Source: the human T2T-CHM13v2.0 reference genome, Homo sapiens
Length of the DNA: 64,000 nt
NCBI RefSeq assembly: GCF_009914755.1
Contig: NC_060945.1
Strand: one strand, 5' to 3'
Shown: positions 54,501 to 64,000 of the stretch, piece by piece
Layout of the letters: each line of letters opens with the position of its first letter
How positions within the stretch are numbered: the first letter of the stretch is position 1
The notes under the pieces: generated by a model
What the model saw: only the letters and a program-made list of their open reading frames with translations
Databases searched by the model: none
What the model was told of the DNA's origin: nothing
Program-made: the position numbers and the translations under genes

Positions 54501-57500
54501 GGAACCTATGTGAAGGACAAACATACAGACCCCAGCAGCAGTGTTTTGGAATCCTATGTGGGGGACAAACATTCAAACAACAGCAAGAGTGTTCTGGAAT
54601 CCTCTGTTACAGAGAAACATTCAGATCCTCGTCGCAGTGTTCTGGAATTCTAACTGAGGGAGAAACACTCTGAACCCAGCAGCAGTGTTCTGGAACCCTA
54701 TGTGACAGACATACATGTAGACCCCAGCAGCAGTGTTCTGGAATCCTATGTGAGGGACAAATATTCAGACAGCAGCCGTAGTATTCTGGAATCCTATGTG
54801 AAGGATAGTCATTCAGACCCTCATAGCAGTGTTCTGGAATTCTCTGTGTGGGACAAACATTCAGACCCTCATAGCAGTGTTCTGGAATCCCCGGTGAGGA
54901 ACAAACATTCAGAGCCTCATATCAGTGTTCTGGAATCCTATGTGACGGACAAACATTAAGACCCCAGAAGCAGTTTTCTGGAATACTGTGTGAGGAACAA
55001 ACATTCAGACCCTGGTAGTAGTGTTCTGGAATCCTATGTGAGAGACAAACACTCAGAACCCAACAGCAGTGTTTTGGAACCCTATGTGAGGGTCAATCAT
55101 TCAGGCCACAGCAGGATTATGCTGGAGTCCTATGTGAGGGACAAACACTCAGAACATAGCAGAAGTGTTTTGGAATCCTATGTGAGGGAAAAACTTTCAG
55201 ACACTCGTAGCAGTGTTCTGGAATCCTATGTGGGAGACAAACATTCATACAATCTTAGCAGTGTATGGGAATTCTTTGCGAGGGACAAACATTCAGACCC
55301 CAGCAGCAGTGTTCCAGAATCCTATGTGAGCTATAAACATTGATACAACAGTGGGAGTGTTCTGGAATCCTATGTTACGGACAAACATTCAGACCCTCGT
55401 CACAGTGTTCTGGAATTCTATGTGAGGGAGAAACACTCAGAACCCAGCAACAGTGTACTGGAATCCTATGTGACGGACATACATGTAGACCCGAGCAGCA
55501 GTGTTCTGGAATACTATGTGAGGGACAAACATTCATAACACGGCAGGAGTGCCCTGGAATCCTATGTGAGGGAAAACATTCAGACAATCGTAGCAGTGTT
55601 TTGGAATCCTATGTGAGGGACTAACTTTCAGACCCCATCAGCAGTGTTCTGGAATCCTATATGAGGGACAAACATTCAAACTACAGAGGCTGTGTTCTGG
55701 AATCCTAAGTTATGGACAAAAATTCAGATCCTCTCCGCAGTGCTCTGGAATTCTATTTGAGGGAGAAACAATCAGAACCCAGCAGCAGTGTTCTCGAATC
55801 CTACATGAGGGACATACATTCAGACCACAGCAGCAGTGTTCTAGAACCCTATGTGAGGGACAAGCATTCAGACCGTCGCAGCAGTGTTCTCGAATTCTGT
55901 GTGAAGGACAAAGATTCAGACCATCAGAGCAGTGTTCTGGAATCCTTTGTGAGGGACAAACATTCAGACCACAGCAAGAGTCTTCTGGAATCCTCTGTGA
56001 GGAACAAACATTCAGAACCTCATAGCAGTGTTCTGGAATCCTATGTGATGGACAAACATTTAGACCTCAGAAGCAGTGTTCTGTAATCCTGTGAGAGACA
56101 AACATTCAGACACTCGTTGCAGTGTACAGGAATCCTGTGTGAGGGAAAAGAACTCAGAACCCAGCAACAGTGTCCTGGAACCCTATGTGAGGGACAAACA
56201 TTCAGGCCACAGCAGGATTGTTCTGGAATCCTACGTGAGGGACAAACACTCAGAACACAGCGGGAGTGTTTTGGAATCCAATATGAGGGAGAAATATTCA
56301 GACCCTCATAGCAGTGTTCTGGAATCCTAGGTGAGGGACAAACATTCAGAAAATCGTAGCCATGTTCTGGAATCTCAAGAAAGGGAAATAAATTCAGACC
56401 CCAGCAGCAGTGTTTTGTAATCCTATGTGAGGGAGAAACATTGAACCAAGATCAGGAGTGTTCTGCAATCCTTGGTTATGGACAAATATTCAGAACCTCG
56501 TCTCAGTGCTCTGGAATTCTATGTGAGGTAGAAACAGTGAGAACCCAGCAGCAGTATTCTGGAATCCTATGTGAGGGAAAATCATTCAGACCCCAGCAGG
56601 AGTGTTCTGGAATCCTATGTGAGGGAAAATCATTCAGACCCCAGCAGGAGTGTTCTGGAATCCTATGGGAGGGACAATCATTCAGACAATCGTAGCAGTG
56701 TTCTGGAATCCTATGTGAGGGGCAAACATACAGACACTTGTAGCAGTGTTCTGGAATCCTATGTAAGTGACAAATATTCAGACCCTTGTAGCATTGTTCT
56801 GGAATCCTATGTGAGGGACAAACATTGAGACAATCGTAGCTGTGTTCTCGAATCCTATGTGAGGGAGAAACATTCAGACTACAACAGCAGTGTTCTGGAA
56901 TCCTATGTGAGGGACAAACATTCCAACAACAGAGTGAGTGTTCTGGAATCCTAAATTACGGACATACATTCAGAAATTCGTCTCAGTGATCTGGAATTAT
57001 ATGTGAGGGTGAAACACTCAGAAACCGGCAGCAATGTTCTTAAATCCTATGTGACAGACATACATGTAGACGGTAACAGCAGTGTCCTGTAATTCTGTGT
57101 GATGGAAAAACATTCAGACACTCATAGCAGTGTTCTGGAATCCTATTTGAGGGACAAACATTCAGACCACAGCTGGAGTGTTCTGCAATCCCCTGTGAGT
57201 AACAAATACTCAGATCCTAGTAGCAGTGTTCTGGAATCCTATATGAGGGACAAACATTCGGATCCTCTTAGCAGTGATCTGGAATCCTATGTGAGGGTAA
57301 ATCATTCAGAACCTAGTTGCAGTGTTCTGGAATCCTATATGAGGGACAAACATTCGGATTCTCTTAGCAGTGTTCTGGAATCCTATGTAACGGACAAACA
57401 TTAAGACCCCAACTGCAACTGCAGTGTTCTGGAATCCCATGTGAGGGACAAGCATTCAGACCCTTGTAGCAGTGTTCTGGATTCCTATGTGAGGGAGAAA

Positions 57501-60500
57501 CACTCAAAACCCAGCAACAGTGTTCTGGAACCCTATGTGAGGGACAAACATTCACACCACAGCAGGATTGTTCTGGAATACTATGTGAGGGACAAACAAT
57601 CAGAAAATAGCAGGAGTGTTTTGGAATCGTGTGTGAGGGACAAACATTCGGATCCTCTTAGCAGTGTTCTGGAATCCTATGTGACGGACATACATGTAGA
57701 ACCCAGCAGCAGTGTTCTGAAGGCCTATGTGAGGGACAAACATTCAGACCCCAGGAACAGTCTTCGGGAATCGTATGTGAGGGTAAATCATTCAGAACCT
57801 CGTAGCAGTGTTCTGGAATTCTGTGTGAGGGACAAACATTCAGACCACAGCAGCAGTATTCTGGAATCCTATGTGAGGGAAAAACATTCAAACAACTGCA
57901 GGTGTGTTCTGGAATCCTATGACAAGGAAAAACATTCAGACCCTCCTCTCAGTGTTCTTGAATTCTATGTGAGGGAGAAACACTCCGATTCCTGTAGCAG
58001 TGTTCTGGAACCCTATGTGACAGACCTACATGTAGACTCCAGCAGCAGTGTTCTGGAACCCTATGTGAGGGACAATCATTCCGACCCTCGTGGCAGTGTT
58101 CTGGAATTTTGTGTGAGGGATAAACATTCAGACCCCAGCGCGAGTGTTCTGGAATCCCATGTGAGTGACAAGCATTCAAACAATCTTAGCAGTGTTCTGG
58201 AATCCTATATGAGAGACAAACTTTCAGACCCTCGTAGCAGTATTCTGGAATCCTATGTGGGGGCAAACATTCAATCATAGCAGTGTTCAGGAATCCTATG
58301 TGAGGGACAAACATTTAGACTGTCGTAGCAGTGTTCTGGAATCCTATGTGAGGGACAAGCATTCAGACAATCGTAGCAGGGTTCTGGAATCCTATGTGAG
58401 GGACAAACATTCAAAAAACAGAGAGATTGTTCTGGAACCCTATGTTACGGACAAACATTGAGACCGTCGTTGCAGTGTTCTGGAATTCCCTGTGAGGGAC
58501 AAAAACTCGGAACCCAGCGGCAGTGTTCTGGAATCCTATGTGAGGGACAAACATTCAGACTCCAGCAGCAGTGTTCTGGAATCCCATGTGAGGGACAATC
58601 ATTCAGACCATCATAGCCGTGTTTTGGAATTCTGTGTGAGGGACAAACATTCAGACCGTCGTAACAGTTTTCTGCAATCCTGTGTGAGGGGAAAACATTC
58701 CGACCACAGCAAGAGTGTTCTGGAATCCCCTGTGAGGAACAAACATTCCGACCCTCATAGCAGTGTACTGGAATCTTATCTGATGGACAAATATTTAGAA
58801 CCCAGCAGCAGTGTTCTGGAATCCTATGTGAGTGACAAACACTCAAAACATAGCAGGAGTGTTTTAGAATACTATCTGAGGGATAAACAATCTGACCTTC
58901 ACAACAGTGTTCTGGAATCCTGTGTGAGGGATAAACATTCAGACCCTGATAGCAGTGTTCTGGAATCCTATGTGAGGGACAAACATTCAGACCACAGCAG
59001 GACTGTTTTGGAATTCCCTTTGAGAAACAAACTTTTAGACCCTCATAGCTGTGTTCTGCAATCCTGTGTGTGGGACAAAATTTCAAAACCTCGTAGCAGT
59101 GTTCTGGAATCCTATGTGAGGTACAAACATTCAGACAATCGTAGCAGTGTTCTGGAATCCCATGTGAGGGACAAACATGCAGACCCTCGTAAGAGTGTTC
59201 TGGAATCCTATGTGAGGGACAAACTTTCAGACAGTCGTAGCAGTGTTCTGGAATCCAATGTTAGTGACAAACTTTCAGACCCCAGCAGCAGTGTTCTGGA
59301 ATCCTATTTGAGGGACAACCATTCAGACACTTTCAGCAGTGTTCCAGAATCCTGTGTCAGGGACAAACATTTTGACCACTGCAGGACTCTTCTGGAATCC
59401 CTTGTGGGGAACAAACATTCAGACCCTCGTAGGTGTGTTCTGTAATCCTATGTGACTGACACACATTTAGACCACAGCAGCAGTGTTCTGGAATCCCATG
59501 TGAGGGACAAACATTCAGACACTCGTAGCAGTGTTCTGGAGTCCTGTGTGAGGGACAAAAATTCAGGCCACACCAAGAGTGTATTGGAATCCCCTGTGAG
59601 GAACAAACATTTTGAACCTCCTAGCAGTGTCTGGAATATTATCTGACGGAAAAACATTTAGACCCCAGCAGCAGTATTATAGAATCTCATGTGAGGGACA
59701 ATATTTCAGAACGTCATAGCAGTGTTCTGGAATATTATATGAGTGAAAAATATTCAAACATCCTCGGGAGTGTTCTGGAATCCTATGTCACGGACAAGCA
59801 TTCAGAGCCTCGTCGCAGTGTTCTGGAATTCTATGTGAGGGAGAAACACTCAGAACCCAGAAGCAGTGTTCTAGAATCCTATGTGAAGGACATACATGTA
59901 GACCATAGCAGCAGTGCTCTGGAATCCTTTGTGACAGACAAACATTCAGACCCCAGCAGCAGTGTTCTGGAATCCTGTGTGAGGGACAGACATTCAGACC
60001 CCAGCCGCAGTGTTCTGGTATCCTATGTGATGGACAGTCATAAAGAACCTCGTAGCAGTGTTCTGGAATTCTTTGTGAGGGACAAACATTCAGACACTCA
60101 TAGCAGTGATGTGGAATCCCATGTGAGTGACAAACATTCAGACCACAGCAGAAGTGTTCTGGAATCCCCTGTGAGGAACAAACATTCAGACTCTCGTAGT
60201 AGTGTTCTGGAATCCTATTTGAAGGACAAACATTTAGGCCCAAGCAGCAGGGTTCTTGAATCCTATGTGAGGGACAAATATTCAGACCCTGGTAGCACTG
60301 TTCTGGCTTCCTTTCTGAAGGACAAACATTCAGTCCACAGCAGGAGTGTTCTGGAATCCTAAGTGAGGGACAAACATTCACACCCTCGTAGCAGTGTTCT
60401 GGAATCCTATGTGAGGGACAAACATTCAAATAAATACTTGAGTGTTTTTGAATCCTATGTTACGGACAAACATTCAAACCCTCGTCGCAGTGTTCTGGAA

Positions 60501-63500
60501 TTGTTTGTGAGTGAGAAACACTCAGAAACCAGCAGCAGTGTTCTGGAATCCTATGTTTCGGACATAAATGTAGACCCCAGCAGCAGTGTTCTGGAATCCT
60601 AAGTGAGGGACAAACATTCAGACCCTAGCAGCAGCATTCTGGAATCCTATTGAGGGACAAAAATTCTGACCCTCATCTCAGTGGTCTGGAATTCTAGGTG
60701 AGGAAGAAACTCAGACAATCGTAGCAGTGTTCTGGAATCCTATGTGAGGGACAAACATTCAAACAACAGCGGGAGTGCTCTTGAATCATATGTTATGGAC
60801 AAACACTCAGACCCTCGTAGCAGTGTTCTGGAATCCTATGAGAGGGACAAACATTCAGACCCTCCAGGTTTGTTCTGGAATCCTATTGAGGGACAAATAT
60901 TAAGACAATCATAACATTGTACTGGAATCCTGTGTGAGGGACAAACATTCAGTCCCCATTAGCAGTGTTCTGGATTCCTATGTGAGGGACAAACATTCCC
61001 ACAACAGCGGGAGTGTTCTGTAATCCTATGTTACGGACAAACATTCAGACCCTCATCGCAGTGTTCTGGAATCCTATGTGAGGGAGAAACACTTATAAAC
61101 CAGCTGCAGTGTTCTGGAATCTTATGGGATGGACACACATGTAGACCCCAGCAGCATTGTTCTGGAATCCTGTGAGACGGACAAACATTCAGACCCCAGC
61201 AGCAGTGTTCTGGAATCCTAGAGTAGGGATAATCATTAAGATCCTGGCTGCAGTGTTCTGCAATTCTGTGTGAGGGACAAACATTCAGAGCCTCATAGGA
61301 GTGTTCTGGAATCCTATGTGATTGACAAACATTCAGACCACAGCAGGAGTGTTCTGGAATCCCCTGTGAGGAACAAATATTCAGACCCTCGTGGCAGTGT
61401 TCTGTAATCCTATGTGAGGGACCAACATTTAGACCACAGCAGCAGTGTTCTGGAATCCTATGTGAGGGACAAACATTCAAACAACAGCGGGAGTGTCCTT
61501 GAATCATATGTTACGGACAAACATTCAGACCCGCGTAGCAGTGTTCTGGAATCCTTTGAGAGGGACAAACATTCAAACAACTGCGGGAGTGTTCTGTAAT
61601 CCTATGTTATGGACAAATATTAATATAATCGTAACATTGTTCTGGAATCCTGCGTGAGGGACAAACATTCAGTCCCCATTAGCAGTGTTCTGGATTCCTA
61701 TGTGAGGGACAAACATTCAAACAACTGTGGGAGTGTTCTGTAATCCTATGTTATGGACAAATATCAGACCCTTGTCGCAGTGTTCTGGAATTCTATGTGA
61801 GGGAGAAACACTTAGAAACCAGCAGCACTGTTCTGGAATCCTATGGGATGGACACACATGTAGACCCCAGCAGCATTATTCTGGAATCCTATGAGACAGA
61901 CAAACATTCAGACCCTAGCAACAGTGTTCTGGAATCCTAGAATAGGGATAATCATTCAGACCCTGGTAGCAGTATTCTGGAATTCTGTGTGAGGAACAAA
62001 CATTCAGAGCCTCATAGCAGTGTTCTGGAATCCTATGTGATTGACAAACATTCAGACAACAGCAGGAGTGTTCTGGAATCCTCTGTGAGGAACAAACTTT
62101 CAGACCCTCTTAGCAGTGTTCTGTAATCCTATGTGAAATCATCCTATGTGACAGACAAACATTTAGACCCCAGCAGCAGTGTTCTGGAATCCTATGTGAG
62201 GGAGAAACATTCAGACCCTCATAGCAGTGTTCTGGAATCCTACATGAGCGACAAACACACTGAAACCAGCAGCAGTGTTCTGGAACCCTATGTGAGGGAT
62301 AAACATTCAGACCATGCCAGGATTGTTCTGGAAACCTATGTGAAGGACCAACACTCCGAACCCAGCAGAAAGGTTTTGAAATCCTGTGTGAGGGACAAAC
62401 GTTTAGACCCTCGTAGCAGTGTTCTGGAATCATATGTGAGGGACAAACATTCAGACCCTCGTAGCAGTGATCTGGAATTCTATGTGAGGGACAAACATTC
62501 AGACATTGGTAGCATTGTTCTGGAATCCAATGTGAGGGACAAACATTCTGACCCTCATAACAGTGTACCAGAATCCTGTGTTAGGAACGAACATTCAGAC
62601 CACAGCATTAGTGTTCCGGAATCCCCTGTGAGGAACAAACATACAGACCCTCGTAGTAGTGTTCTGGAATCCTATGTGACGGCCAAATATTTATACCCCA
62701 GCAGCAGTGTTCTGGAATCCTCAGTGAGGAAAACCATTCAGAATCTTGTAGCAGTTTTCTGGAATCCTATGTGAGGGACAAACATTTAGACCACAGCGGG
62801 ATTGTTCTGGAATGATATGTGAGGGACAAACACTAAGAAAATAACAGGAATGTTTTGGAATCCTATGTGAGTGACAAAAATTCAGACCCTCGTAGTAGTG
62901 TTCTGGAATCGTATGTGAGGGACAAGCATTCAGACCACAGCAGGAGTGTTCTGGAATCCTATGGGAGGGACATACATTCAAACCCTAGTTAGCAGTGTTC
63001 TGGAATCCTATGTGAGGGAAAAGCATTCAGAGTTTTGTAGCAGTGTTCTGGAATCCTATGTGAGGGACAAACATTCAGACCCTCAAAGGAGTATTCTGGA
63101 ATCCTATGTGAGGGACAAACATTGAGATAATCATAGCAGTGTGATGGAATCCTATGTGAGGGACAAACATTCAGACCCCAGCAGCAGTGTTCTGGAATCC
63201 TATGTGAGTGATAAACATTCAAACAACAGCGGGAGTGTTCCATAATCCTATGTTACAGACAAATATTCACACCGTCTTCACAGTGTTCTTGAATTCTATG
63301 TGAGGGACAAACCCTCAGAAATGAGCAGCAGTGTTCTGGAACCCTGTGTGAGGGTCAAAATTTCAGACCACAGCAGGATTGTTCTGTAATCCTATGTTAC
63401 GGACAAACATTTAGACCTCAGCAGGAGTGTTCTGGAATTCTATGCGAGGCACAGTCATTCGTACCCTCGTAGCAGTGTTCTGGAATTCTGTGTGAGGGAC

Positions 63501-64000
63501 AAGCATTCAGAACGTCGTAGCAGTGTTCTGGAATCCTATGTGAAGGACAACCATTCAGACCACAGGAAGAGTGCTCTGGAATCCCCAGTGAGGAACAAAC
63601 ATTCAGACACTAGTAAAAGTGTTCTGGAATCCTATGTGACAGACAAACATTCAGACCCCAGCAGCAGTGTTCTGGAGTTTTATGTAAGGGAAAAACGTTC
63701 AGACAATCATAGCAGAATTCTGGAATCCTATGTGAGGGACAAACATTCAGACCTCAGCTGCTGCGTTCTGGAATCCTATGTGAGGGACAAACATTCATAC
63801 AACAGTGGGAGTGTTCTGGAATCCTATGTTACAGGCAAATATTCAGACCCTCGTCCGAGTGTTCTGGAATTCTATGTGAGGGAGAAACATTCAGAACCCA
63901 CCAGCATTGTTCTGGAATCCTATGTGACGGACAGACATGCAGACCCCAGCAGCATTGTTCTGGAATCTTATGTGACGGTCAGACATGTAGACCCCAGCAG
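39507..64000. repeat. CER (D22Z3) 48-bp satellite array, right part (continues past the window)
   Basis: Same 48-bp unit and orientation; about 770 monomers over both parts, estimated from length. Confidence 0.93.

Overview
Primate (human or great-ape) pericentromeric/acrocentric-type DNA with no intact protein-coding gene. Bases 1-24,000 are transposon-rich euchromatin-like sequence: MIR, L2, MLT1, MER30, MER5A, MADE1 and Alus, an old L1MB carrying a 7SL retrocopy with an internal GC-rich VNTR, a complete Ricksha (MULE) transposon with nested FLAM and THE1 insertions, and a TSD-flanked 3'UTR-only retrocopy. At about 24,000-26,034 a young L1PA with an inverted 5' piece joins, through a short fold-back, to a ~38 kb array of the 48-bp CER (D22Z3) satellite that runs off the window end. 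The array holds a 969-bp HERV-K(HML-2) LTR5 solo LTR with a GAATTC target-site duplication, the signature of the centromeric K111/K105 insertion. It also shows an ordered, degenerate ~16-17-monomer higher-order pattern plus nested block duplications. The many ORFs after 26 kb are by-products of the 48-bp (16-codon) unit. Repeat family calls come from recalled consensus sequences, not from searches.
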